This document shows positions 48,758 to 61,223 of a DNA stretch of 64,000 bases, piece after piece (position 1 is the stretch's first letter; each line of letters opens with the position of its first letter). Source of the stretch: Moniliella sp. 'wahieum'. Taxonomy: Eukaryota. The notes beneath the pieces were generated by a model. It searched no databases and was not told where the DNA came from. It worked only from the letters and a program-made list of their open reading frames with translations. The position numbers and the translations under genes were made by a program. The DNA lies in the NCBI GenBank assembly GCA_003971905.1, contig RSEE01000081.1, forward strand, positions 124,001 through 188,000, written 5' to 3'.

Positions 48758-51240
48758 TGGCTCGTTTGTGGGATGATGGGATGTGCATGATTGGCTTGCG
48801 CAGAGCACCGACCGTCCTACCCTCTTTGCTGCGCGCGCAGTAACATCGTCGAATACCATTTTGGGCAATCATGCACGAGTTGACTATTCTTTTGCGATGG
48901 TGTTTGGCTTTTGACCATCAGTTATTCGGAATGTGAATGACAAAGAGGTAGTGCTATAAGTGGGCTGGGCAACATATACGTAGCTGCCCGTAGGTCAGAT
49001 CCTGCTTGCTACCCACAAGTAAAGTGCTCCTGTTGGAACTAGAAGTGGACAGTGCGCCTCCCAAGAACGATCCTGCAATAGTAAGGAGATGGTTTGGCTT
49101 TTAATGGCCCGAGCTCTCTCGGCGGGGGTGTTGTGGCGCAGCAAGAGCGTTGCTGTGCTAGGGTTCTACCAGTCCCACAGGTTGTTGTACGCCCTTTTTT
49201 TCCTTTGGTGTCGCCACACCCGCCACCGCCACCCATCTCTCACTTCCACACCGCCACACGCCCCGCCCATACACCACCCCACCTCTCGGGCCTTGTATAA
49301 CCCTTTTCTATACCCCCCAAAAGGTGCGACGCTTCCCGACCCCCCTGTGTTCTCTCTCCCACGTTCAAGCGTTGGCACAAAGCAGCGTTGGCTAACACAC
49401 TTCCGAACGCCTCTCGCACAGCCCCGTCCGTCCGCTTGACTCCTTCTTGCCATTATTGTGGGTAACATCTCTTGTTGCGTGCAACAACAGAGACTATTAC
49501 TGGCTGCAAAACTACTTTGCCTCCACTTCCATCTTTTGGAGTTTTGTTTTGTTTTGCTTCCCCGGCCCGTCCACTTTCCCGGTCATCTCCCCTCCCCTCC
49601 CTTTCCCTTCCCACTTCCACCTCTTCCCCCTCATCCGCAAATGCGCCGAAGTCACGATTTGCACGACCAGTCCATCATTTGTGCGCTCCCTGACGCTGGT
49701 GTACTGTTCCTGAGCCTGCTGTACTTTTGGTCCCCAGGATCTGACGGGCTGCAGCACATGCTCACCACGGGCGCCTGCAATGGGATGAACGTTGCAAGGG
49801 CCATCACAGGTTCTTGACATGTTCTGTTGCCACCCGCACTCTCTTTCTTTTACTAGAATACGTTATTCACCTCGTGTGCATATCTTCCACACCACGGTTT
49901 TCTCGCCACTATACCTTCTGTCCCCCCTTAACGCCCCACCTCCTCCTCTATCCAGCCGAGCCTGTCACATGGGGTGGCCGTGCTGATGGTACAGGCAAAA
50001 AGCTGTGATTTGTCGCCCCCCCCCTTATTGAGGGCCTCGGTTGTGAACATTTTCTCCCCTTTTTCGTGCTGCATGTGGTACTTTTTCTGGCATTCCCTTG
50101 CGCTCGCAATCCCCAGTATATTATACCCCTGTCAAACCCCTCTCACGTTACAAAAGGAAGTAGCAAACGACTCTTATGTTACTTTCTCACCGTACAACTT
50201 CTTCTTCCTTGTGGTTGTACAGAGCAAAGAGCGGTGCCCTCTAGAACTTGACTATATGATGATGGTGTTGATGGTCCAGCCCGGCTCATCGAGTCATCAT
50301 CCCTTGGCAGCGTTTTGTGGTATGTCAGAACCTGTTCCCCACCCGCGCCCCAGCCTTCCGTCTGTGGTGGGCAGTTACCAACTTTTTTTGTTCCTTCGTT
50401 TGGCCAACAGCGTCAGAGTTCCCTCACTTCTACCTTTTTTCGATGGACCAAAGAGATTCCTCTCTCGTGTGTGATACGTTTTCAGCACATGAACAACGTG
50501 TATATATTGATGAGAAGGGACACTGGCATGAGGATGATGCAGATGATGGTTTGCACGATCGAAGCTACTACGATAAGATATTAGACTGTAGGTTAGAGGT
50601 AGAGAGATCAGACAGCGCGTATGTCGGTATAGATTGTAGGGAAGAGAAGAAAATCCTTGGTGGTAGATCCGAGCCAGCATGCGATGCGTAAGGGCGGTTC
50701 GATGAGGCTACTTACTGGTCCAGTGAGCCTATAGTGAGCGTAACCTCTCTGCAGCCTGACAAAAAGGAAATCAACAGTTGCCCGAGTTCAAAGTCATGAG
50801 TACCATGGCTACTACATGAGCCATGAGTCAGTCCACCGCAATGCGCTGGCACCTAGCCAACTCGCTCTCATTGATCAATGCGATTAACCAAAGGTCGCGA
50901 AATAGGCGTACCGATCGATGACAGGCTGCGATCAAGTCTCAAACCGAGCCGATCTATCGTAGGATATCCACAAAAGGCCTCCAGGGCATCAGACCACATT
51001 CGCAGACCTCCATGTGGGTTTCATCTTCCGACCGCTACCTGCTACGCTTTCGCACTCCACACCCTGTGCATCCCATTTGAGACCATTTTCTGGGTGCACT
51101 TGGCTTATTTGGAAGCTGTCTGTTGCGAACGTTGGTGTGGAGCACTCGCCTTAATATTCACCAAACATGACCGACATAACGTGATGCAACAGCAAAAGGT
51201 AGTTGAAGCAGTTTTACTTGTCCATATGAGAGGGAGGATG

Positions 51241-53394
51241 TCACTTCTTGTGCTGCTCTCTCCTTCCACGCCGACTTGGCTGCGGCGACCGCCACGCGCT
51301 TAGCAGCGCCCTTGGAATGACGTCCTTGGAGCCAAGCTTCGCCGTGAGCCTTGAGACCTTGCGAAGCGGCGCGAGCAAAGATCCCACGTAAGGGTACCCT
51401 CAAGCTGTTCCAGCCACGCGACGCCGAGGTGGACGCACGCGCTACCACGACGCTCGTTCGTGTCCGCTCAGCTCTTCCATATTCTGGATCGGCAAGACTT
51501 TCCCTTGTGACGGATGGGGAGCGAGAGGGCGTCTGAGCGTTGGGGAGGGCAGACTCGATGTGGGCGGAAGATTGTGTGTTCGGGTTGGATTGCGCATGCG
51601 CGGAAGACTCGGCGTTTGGCGACGCCTTGCCTTTGGCAGGGGACGACAAAGCCTGCGACTGTGCTCCCGGCGGCGAAAGGGGAGGCGCTGCGTCCTTTTC
51701 GCGAGGTGGGAGAGGCGGTGCCTCCTGGTCTGGAGCCAAGATCAGTTGTTCTACCGCTTTATCCAACGAGCCCCCGTTCTGATGAAGCGCGTGCTGGGCC
51801 ACCTCGTAGCTGAACCCCATCTCTAACAGTTTTTTCCAGGGGCGTGGGTTCCTGGTACAGACTGGGCGGGAGGTCGGACGACGCATACGCTTCTCCATAC
51901 GCGCGCTCGTCCGACTCGGTGTGGGACTGGCTCGGAGCGCGCAATCGGGACGTCAAGGGCGCATAGCCATGAGCAGGATGGTGCGGGGCTGCCTGCTGCC
52001 TTTTCCTTCTCGGACGACAATGTTACCGATTCCGGTTCCTGCGAAAGTAGGTGGGTATAGTCCCCATTCTCCACTTGCTTGGGCCGCATGGGCATCCCGT
52101 ACCGACGCAGCCAAAATTTCCGCGGATTTCCCTCGCTATCGAGGTGGAGTGACTGGACTGCGTCAACGGGAGGACTGCAGGTGCCGGTGCATGTGCAGAT
52201 CCTCCCGTTTGCGGATTGGCGCTGCTTTCACCCTCGTCCTCGTCCGTGCTTTTGTCCGCGCTTTTGCCTTGGCTCTTGGCCTTGGTTTTGTCCTTTGGGT
52301 GGTGAGCTTGGTGTTCCTTCCACCGCGCCTCTGCCTGCGCCTGTAGGTAGGTCTTCCATTCTTCCAATACGCCAGCAGCAGAGGAGGTGCTTCTGCCACG
52401 CGTGCGTGCCAAGGCTCGGACTTGCCCTCCTGGCCAGAGGAGATGTAGGTGTGCTTGTCGCCTGATGGTAATTCCGCAGTCTCCTCGGTAGGCGCATTTT
52501 TCTGCGACGCACCAACAGAGGGGTGGACAGAGTAGACCCCTCGACGGGAGCCTCCAACTTGGTCTTCTCGAGAGGAGGCCCTTGGGGTTGGCCCTGCTGC
52601 GCCTCCTCTCTTCCACAGGTGGGCCTCGTTGCCCTGGGCTACCGTCTTGCCCTCCTCGTCCACGCCCGGAAGGGCTCAAACGTATCGGTTTCAATCACCA
52701 GGTAGCCATCACCGCGGCCCGTGGCCCTCCCACAATGTGCAGCGTCCGGTCCCGGTTGGTGAACCAGCCATACGACTTGAGCACCGACCTTCCAGCAGGC
52801 CCTTGAGTGCACGCGCGGTTACTTTTTCGGCATAGTTTTTCCCCTCGTGGCATGTGGGTGCGCTGGGTCGGTGGGACCACCCTGGGCGTCTTTGGCTTGC
52901 TGGGCGTCCTTGGCATGGTGGCGGCGAAGCGAGTGGGGTGGGCCGCCTCCTTGGCCGCAGCTGCTCGCCGCCAATCCCGATCACCTGCCCGATCTGGACG
53001 ACCCGCTGGCCCTTTTTGGCATACTTGTACAGTCGCCGCAGGGTGGGCACGGTGGCCACTGCATCGGCACTGATGGCGGCGGCGGTCGCGGCAGCGGAAC
53101 CGGCGGCAACAGCGGTGCCTGCGAGGTAGATGGCGCCGACGCCGAGGCTAATACCGACGAGCGACAGGCCAACAATCGGCACATACGTGTCCCATAGCGA
53201 GTAGGCATTGTCGCTCTCTGCGCCCTCACGGGCCACGCGGGCAATGCGTGCCTCGACGGTGAAAAAGACCTTGCCGGGGTGGAAGGTGGCGCAGGCGCCG
53301 GGGGGCAGGTTGTTGGAGTAGTAGAGCGGGCTGACCTGCTTGAGCGCGACGTGCAGCGGAGGAGCGTGTCGTTGACGAGGGTAATGCACGGCAT
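51241..53394 (-). CDS. Hypothetical protein with an uncharacterised N-terminal domain, a hydrophobic Gly/Ala segment and a C-terminal UBA domain; frameshifted
   Basis: N-terminus MPCITLVNDT..LHVALKQVSPLYYSNNLPPGACATFHPGKVFFTVEARI. Hydrophobic VPIVGLSLVGISLGVGAIYLAGTAVAAGSAAATAAAI. UBA KLLEMGFSYEVAQHALHQNGGSLDKAVEQLI (MGF...AL...N.G.L..AV..L). Confidence 0.7.
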
Positions 53395-53903
53395 GGCGGT
53401 CCGATCGTGCGAGACGCGGGGCCGGGTGGAGCGGTGGTGGGGGTGGGGCAACGACGGCGGATGGGCGGACGGGCGGATGGGCGGATGGGGGCTGGGAGGA
53501 TCCGTCGACGGTGGCGGTGCAGTGCCGCGGCGTGCGCGCCAGGGGGCGGTGCGTGATAGCTAGTGATGGGCGGCCAACCAGTGATCCTCGAAGCTGTGCA
53601 AGCAACAGCAACAATAGGCGGGCGAAGGCGCCGCGGCCATGTCCCCCCCCCCGCCCGGCTGCTGGGCAGCCCACACGCTGTCCGCGGTGCCCAGCACGCG
53701 TCCAGACGCGCGCAGGCGATGCTGGTGCGGCTCCTGCCGGCGGCGGCGGCGCCCAGGAGGGCCATCGTGCCGTGCGAGGCGCTGGCGGTGATCAAGCGAG
53801 TGCATCACGTGAGCACCTGTTGGCTGCTCTCGCTTCCCGCGGGCAGCGCTGCGTCCCGACGAGTCGCTCGTGCCGCCGCCCGCCCGAGCATCCCGCCGCC
53901 CAA

Positions 53904-56334
53904 ATGCTCTCGCGCACCCTCCCACGCCCACCCGCCGCCCCCCGCTCTCCACACCCCCACCCCCTCCTCCGCCCCACGCCCACCGCCAGCCGCGCGGCCA
54001 CCGCACCCCACCGCCGTCGCTGCAGCCCTTGCCGCGTACGGCCTCTATGCATGCACCGCCCCCGACCCCCCCACCTCCACCTCGACGCACCCGTCGCACC
54101 CCTTCCCACCCGCCGCCTCCCCAAGTCTGCCCGTAAGGACGAGGAGACAATTGCCGCCAGCGCGCCTCCGCCCCAATCGGCCGAGGACGCGCTATCGGTC
54201 TACGCCTGGGGCGCCAACACCTACCGTGTCGTTGCGCCCGACCTGGATGACCAGCGCCCTGTCCGCATTCCCCGCCCCATTCCTGCCTTTGACGGCGTCG
54301 CTCTGCGTGACTTGTGGATGGGTGAGACCCACGCTGCGGCCATTGATGCCAACGGCGACCTACTCCAGTGGGGGTTGGGCTTCTTTTGCCCCGACAGCCG
54401 CCTGGATCGTACCTGTGTCCCGCCATCCACCGAGCCGCTAACTCCAATCAAAACGCTGAGTGGAAAAAAGTTGCGCAAGGTCGTCGGCACCGAGGGCAAG
54501 CTGTACGCCCTGGCCGATTCAGGACAAGTGTGGGTCATTGCTGCTTCTCGGTCCCCGGAAGTGATCCCAGGTCGGCGCCACTGGTCTACCCTCGGCCTCA
54601 CCTCCTCTGCGCCTGCTCAGGTTGCGCATGTCCCTATGCAAGCGTCCCTAGCGCGCGGGGAGCGCTTTGCCGACCTGGTCACGGGCAAGGACCATGTCCT
54701 AGCACTGACCAACCGTGGCCGTGTTCTGGCCGCACCGAGCAACTCCAAGGGCAACGAGTCGGGCCAACTTGCGCTGCGCGTGTGGTGGTATCGGAGCGTT
54801 ACGCTACCGCCCCTGCGCCCGGTCCCGATCCCAACGAGGATCCAGGTGCGCTTCCAGTGGGCGATCTGGACTGGCATGAACCATTGTCGCCACCGCCCGA
54901 GGGGCCACCCTTACCTGAGGGCAAGGCCTACCGTGCCTTTGAACCCAAGATGTTTGCGTTGGAAACCTACCTCGAGCGGGAAAATAATCTTACGCTAGCG
55001 AATTTGCTTCCTCTGTGGGCTCAGACGCCCGAGCAGCGTGCCTCGGGAACCGGGGTGATCAAGCCCAGTGCCTCGACCCACCCAGCTGCGCGGGAATTGG
55101 TAGGACGAACAGAAGAGGATCGTCGGGTCCAAAAGGAGCGCAAGGCGGCACGTGCCGTGGCATTGCGTGAGGCGACCAAGGAATATGTGGCCTCTCTCTG
55201 GACGTGTGCTTCTGTACCGATCTGGAGAAATTCCTTCCCTTCGAGGCGTACGGATTCAGGCGATTGCAGCTGGCGAGGCTCACTCGGTAGCCTTGACAGA
55301 TACGGGAAACGCGGTTGCGTGGGGCTGCAACACCCTAGGCCAGTGCGGTTTCCTTTCTGGCATTTCCTCCCGCCCTGCCACGTCGAGCGGGTACGCAGGC
55401 TTGACCCAACGCCACGTCCACACCGTCGAGGCAGTTTCGAGCAACGGTGACGAGACGGATGTCGTGGTCTCCTCGAGCGAGTGTGTGCCTGTTCCAACAC
55501 AGGTCAACTTGGCTCGCCTTGTGGCCGACGGGACCAATGTTCGCTGCAAGGCCATCCGCGCAGGGGGCATGAACACCCTCTTTTTACTTACTTCCTCCAA
55601 ACAGGTCAAGACGGGCGGTGCAAGTCAACCGAGCTGGGCAGAGGTTGAGGAGGTGTATGCCGCGGGCAAGGGTCAATCTGGGACACTAGGGAACGGGTCT
55701 TTCCTGTTGTCCACATCCTCGCCCCAGCGGGTCAAGAGTATCTCGGGCCGACAAGAGTTGTTGGCAGGGCAGCAAAAGGTTGTGCCGATTCCCATTTCCA
55801 ATTTGAGTGTGGGTCCCGACGGACATGCAGTGGCGGCCATGTTGGCGTTTGGGTACCGGGACGTATGATGTGGGGATCGAACCAATCGTACCAGCTCGGC
55901 GACGGGCGACGATCAAACAGTGCCATACCGCATTATGTGGCGCCTCTGGCGTCGCTTGTGTACCTGCGCAACCCCCTTTCCCACGTCGAGGACGACATGG
56001 ATGATTCTCCGATGGGTCCAGGGGATATGTCGATTTTGCGTCCGACACAACAAGTGACCGACCCCGAGCTGCTCAAGTTGGTCTCCCAAACGCCCTTGGA
56101 GAAGTATCGGTACCGTGTGAACCAAGCCAACTTCCACACGGGCACCTTAGCTGGCCAGTCGTCCGCCGTGCCCCCCAATGAGGCCGAACGCCTTCAACTT
56201 GCCCCACTCGCCAAGCTTCGGACACGGGTCCCGGGCCTCGATGGCGCGGGTAGGTCGTCCGAGAAAACGGTCCAAGCGACCCAAGATGTTTTGACGGGGT
56301 GCAGTCGTCTGCTATATTTTGGCGGGTGCAGTAA
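53904..56334 (+). CDS. Mitochondrial RCC1/BLIP-II repeat protein, Fmp25-like; frameshifted
   Basis: Arg/Ser/Ala-rich MLSRTLPR presequence-like start. VYAWGANTYRVVAP...PRPIPAFDGVALRDL.MGETHAAAIDANGDLLQWG. RCC1 repeats GKDHVLALTNRG, AAGEAHSVALTDTGNAVAWGCNTLGQCG, VYAAGKGQSGTLGNG, WGSNQSYQLGDG. Confidence 0.85.
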
Positions 56335-56804
56335 AGCTTAAGGTCTTCCCGTCTGTTATGAGCATGCGGGCTCTGTTGACTCCATGGGGTCGTCAGCAGC
56401 TTCAACTGAGTTGCGCTAATCGGCCTTTGAGATTTCTTCTCTAATTCACTTCTCTTTGTCAACCTTGAATCTCATCATGATCAGTTGCATTACCCTTATA
56501 CCATCAATGGGGGGCTCGACTTCGCACAACAGACACTACCGACACAGGCCTTCCTGAAGTAGCCACAGCCCTGAGGGATTAACGTCTGGAGCCCGTATGA
56601 ATAAGATGTGTATCCCATCGACCAGAACACGTGCTCTGAGCCTGGCGCCAAAGCCCAAAGACCAAGGCGTACCGTATAACGGGCGCGAAGTACACTCAAC
56701 GTTACGCGGCCAAAAGGCAGCGGAGTACCACACGTAGCGTCCACGTCCATGCGTCCATGACGCTTCACGCTTTACAACATGTAAGTTGCGCGGCGGCCAT
56801 TCAG

Positions 56805-56886
56805 GCTTCTATCTTCCAGTGGTTAGGAAGTGGGATTTTGACAAGGTCGACTTCCCGAAACCTGGGTTCGAATCCCAGTAGGAGCT
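56805..56886 (+). tRNA. tRNA-Gln (TTG) with ~10-nt intron
   Basis: GCTTCTA TC TTCC AGTGGTTA GGAA G TGGGA TT TTG A [caaggtcgac] T TCCCG AAAC CTGGG TTCGAAT CCCAG TAGGAGC T. All four stems pair, U73, and a T6 terminator lies at ~56895. Confidence 0.9.
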
Positions 56887-57339
56887 CATGGTACTTTTTT
56901 GGCAGCCAATGTCTCTGCAAAGGGCAATCAATGTGCTCGCCTAACGCCAACATAGCTTCCGCCCGTGGCTGGCGTAGCTATAGTACTAGCCACCCCGAGG
57001 AAATTTGAGAAGAGCACATCGCAAATTCAAAAGGGGCGCCACATTTCCCAGGCGCCTTGGCGTATCTATTGTTGCGGCGCAGTAGAGAGAGCCATATATC
57101 GCAACAGGCCTCAGCGCCTGAGCGCGCCTGAACCGATCATATATTCATGCCCCCTGCACAGCTTTCGTTTCGACCACGGACGTGCCGTGCAGATGGCGCA
57201 GGCGCCCGGCAATCGACCGTTTCCTATCTTATACCACCACCATTTCACCTTCCCTCCTTCCCCTTGAAGTCATCCCAGCACCCCCCACCGTCTCAAGAAC
57301 TCTCTCTCTCTCTTCCTCAGGCGCCATCTTCTTTCCCAT

Positions 57340-58695
57340 ATGGGCCTGTTTAAGACCTTTTCCCAAGGATCATTTCGTGGGCTCAAACTACCGTTTCCAT
57401 CTCTCACACCACCCTCCTTGCTTGACCCCCCTCAACCACGACCTCGACCTCTACCCCGCCGTCTACCTCCCCCTCCACTCCCCCGACCGCGCCTTCCCAC
57501 AAAGGTCCCACTGCTCCGATCATCCTTATCCCCCCCCCGTCACCTCCCAAATCGCCACATTCGCCACGCTCACCACGCTCGTCACGCTCGCCGCACTCGC
57601 CACACTCACCCCGATCACCTAAGCTTCTCGCTTCCCCTCAAAGCGCTCACTCTACTATTTCCACCAAACTTCGGCCTTGGAGATCGGGTAGAGATAATCA
57701 GCCACACCGACCCGAGGTGGGAGAAGATGTATCGCGCATCACAGTCAACGTTGCAGGCCTTCCCGTTCATGTTTATGGGTGGGACGAGCTGACGCCTTTA
57801 GGAGGTCCCAACGTTCCGCCGAAAATCACGATGGTGATTCACCTGCATAACCGACTTGGCTCAGCCAGCAAGTCCGAGGGCCTGGTGCGACAATTGTACC
57901 ACCGCATCCGCACCTTACGCAACAAGCAACCAAAGCCCAAGATGTGTTAGTGTGCGCCTTCGATCAGCGCAATCATGGTCACCGGCGAACGAATGAGACG
58001 GGACAAAAAATGTGGAATGAGGGAAACAAGACCCATGCGGTGGACTTGTATGCAATGTATGACGGAACCTCGCGCGACGTGTCGTACCTCATCGATTACC
58101 TCCCGCTCTACCTCTTTGCCCATGATGAGCGCAAGGTAACCACCTGGGCGGTGACAGGGCAAAGTATGGGAGGTCATGCCGCCTGGCACGTCCTTCAGAA
58201 TGACCCTAGGGTAAGCATTGGGGTACCTATTGGGGGTATGCCGTCGATCAACAAGCTCCTGGCCCATCGGACAGCGAGCAACTTTGTCCCCAATGCCCCA
58301 CCCTTCGTTCCTACTGGCCTACGAAGCTTCATTGCCCGAACGGATCCTGCGGCGGTATGGGCGGCCAACGCAGAGACGGCGAAGCTGGCTCATGTGCGGC
58401 CACCCAATCCCTTTTGGGGCAAAAAAATTCTAGTGCTTTCCGGTCAAGACGACCGGGTGTACGATGGGAGTATACGTCTGAGTTTGTTGATGAACTGTTT
58501 GTCGACAACTATCGTTCCTTTGCACACCCCAACAAGGCATTTCCATGGCCAGCGCCAGGCCAAGCTCCACCCAAAGGTATGCCACGGCCCGGGCTCAAAG
58601 TGGCTCTCTACCCCGGTGTGGGACATGCGGTCACACCCGCTATGGTGGACCAGGCAGCGGAATGGGTGTGGTACTGGGGCGTTGCTCTCCATTGA
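57340..58695 (+). CDS. Alpha/beta-fold hydrolase (fungal esterase-like); frameshifted, start uncertain
   Basis: VAGLPVHVYG...IHLHNRLGS...AFDQRNHGHR...HAVDLYAMY.GT.RDVSYLIDYLP. Nucleophile elbow G-Q-S-M-G. KILVLSGQDD (Asp) and YPGVGHAVT (His). Confidence 0.88.
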
Positions 58696-59374
58696 CCCTC
58701 TCGTTTTCTTTCGGGCGTCTCGTATGCCGCCACGGTGTTGGCAGGTATACGCCCCTTTACCTCTTTTGCCTCTATTACCTTCTCTTACCCACATCGCGTT
58801 TCCTCCTTTTCTCCACGTTTTCTCTCTCTAACGGTTTCGGTTTTTCTCCATATATACCACTTGGGTACACCTCTTTTGTTCGATCTCCCAACATAAGCGC
58901 AGCGAAGCGCTCGACACAAAACACAGTGACCGGTGACCTAACTTGGGATTGCTTTTGTCACCCTCTGAGGCTACTGAAACGTTATATTACAACTTCACAC
59001 TTGTCCCACGATACCTTACGATTTCATCACATCTGCTCCCATTCCCGCGCCTGCCATCCGCATCGCTGGTATAGCTTGGGCAGAAGAGCAAGCACTATCG
59101 GGACTGCAGTGGAAAACATAGTAAGAGCGTCATCGGCGTTGTTGCGTTGACGCGGACGTCGAGTACGTCGAACGTGGAACTTCATATCAGATCTCAGAAT
59201 CTCTCCGATCCGGAATTCACAAGACACAACCCTATGCAGCGGAGGGTGCAACCCTACTGCTAGGAGAGCTCCACCTCATTTCCGCGCGCGAGGATTTATC
59301 TCATCAAGACGCCGTACGAAGTGCCACCGCCACTTGTGCCCAACACCCAACATCCCACACCCCAACCACCGTCC

Positions 59375-61223
59375 ATGGCGCTGCGTCCCTTGCCCAGCGC
59401 TGGTAGCGCCGTCCCCACCGCCGCTATCCGATGGTCCGCTACCAGCACAATCTACCTCGCTGACCCTCCGCCTTTTCTCCACGGCATCACCTCTGCCAAA
59501 GGCGAGGTGCGCGCATCAGCGACGAGGGCATCCACTTCTCTGCCCCCCGGGCGGAGTGAGTTTTGTTCTGGCCCCCACGGCAGTGGCAGTACATGCACTC
59601 AGTCCGCTTCCCCAACATCCTGAGCGAGAAGCACTTTAATCCTCATTGATGATGCCCCAGACCAAGATGAGGGCGGAGCGGTAGAGCTGTGGATTTCGGC
59701 ACCTGCTTCGGAGCGGGGACTCAAGCAGCGTACGATGCCCTCTCTGAGGTGGTTAGGCTGCATACTCCATCTCCACCTACATGGGCGGAAGAGGACCAGG
59801 AAGAAGATGAAGGAGATGGAGGAGAGGGAGAAGTGGAAGAGGGAACGTTTGACGATGCGGCGGGAGATTCGGATCGGGTTCGGATCCGGTTGGTTCGGAA
59901 TTGGAGGGAGAGATGAATTTGAGTGTCCAGGGGAAGGTATGTTGGTTCCCGATCACTGATCACACAGAAGAGGGTACTGACTGGGCTCCCTAGCGCACGC
60001 TCGCACACTTGGAGAACATCTTGGATTGGCCATCGGATTCCTGGACCTTTCCCCGCTGCCGCAGAACAGGGTCGATCGCCTGTAGCGACCACGGCCTTGT
60101 CTGCGTCCGCGTCACTAGGGGCGGGATTGTTCCCTACCGTCACTTCGCTCGGGTTGCAACCTACGTCGTTCCCGCCCTTGCCCAGTACGATTTCTGAGCC
60201 CGAGGGGGACTTGACTGCCGACTTGACTGAAGGGGCTCTGGATGATGCAGAGGAAGAGCCAACGACCTGGGCCCAAGCCAAGGCGGAACCGGAAGCAACG
60301 GTGACGACCAAAAAAGCGCCGACGCCTTCGCCTGTATTGATCTTCACAGGTCTTCCACCGGAATTCTTTGAGTTTCCTCGCTTGGGAAAAGCGCTGCTGG
60401 ACCTGCTTCATGCGTATGGCGAGTTGAGGCGGTACGTGCCGCTTCCGGCCCATGGACGTGCAATCGTGGTCTATGCCCAAAGCGATGCGGCTGGGCGGGC
60501 CAAGGCAAAATTGGATCGTCTGCTGATTCCGCTGGAAGGCGATGCGCCAAGCGCTTCGTCTGAGTCGGGCGAAAAGGTGGCCCACTTGCCCGCCGGCAGG
60601 GCGGGTCTAGCGCTCCGTGTGTACTTTGGCCAGAAAGGCGACGAGCTCATCTGGGCTCCCCTGCCCAGTAAGACAACGGACGAGTCGAACCACCTCATTG
60701 TACCGGCAGCTGAACGCAACTTCCTCATCTCCCCTCCTGGCAGTCCGCCTGTGGGATGGGAACCGATCGTGGAGGATGCACCCAATCGAGACACGCTGGC
60801 AGACGACTTGATTGCAGCGTTGGGGCGGTTGCGAGATGTGGGTGGGATTGCCTTTGCCGACAACGACCTTTCTTTGGACCCGCAGCATTCCGAACCCAAG
60901 GGAACACCCACCTCCACCCCTCCGCCAGAAACCGCGCAGCTACTTGTCCCACCTGCGGACGCTCCGATGCTTGGGCACGCGGATCCGGGGGGAGGACCAC
61001 AGGTGCTCATCGTGCCCAGGGGGACATGCCTGGTGTACAAGTGTCGTTTGCATCAGGGGAAGGGGTAGTGCCTGCCCTGGGGGCACCTACCCATTCCATC
61101 TCAACCGTCAAAGCCACCGTCGATGCGTTCTACGCGACCCATGGTCACATTGGAGAAGGGGGGGGAAGCAAGGGGTGGATCATCGCCCGCCTACCCGACT
61201 CCTCCCATGCTTACCCTAGCTGA
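59375..61223 (+). CDS. RCN1: Calcipressin (RCAN/Rcn1 calcineurin regulator) with long N-terminal extension; frameshifted
   Basis: RRM-like LIFTGLPPEFF...YGELRRYVPLPAHGRAIVVY...LRVYFG. HLIVP (LxVP-like). Signature NFLISPPGSPPVGWEPIVEDAPN. PxIxIT-like PGVQVS. Confidence 0.88.
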
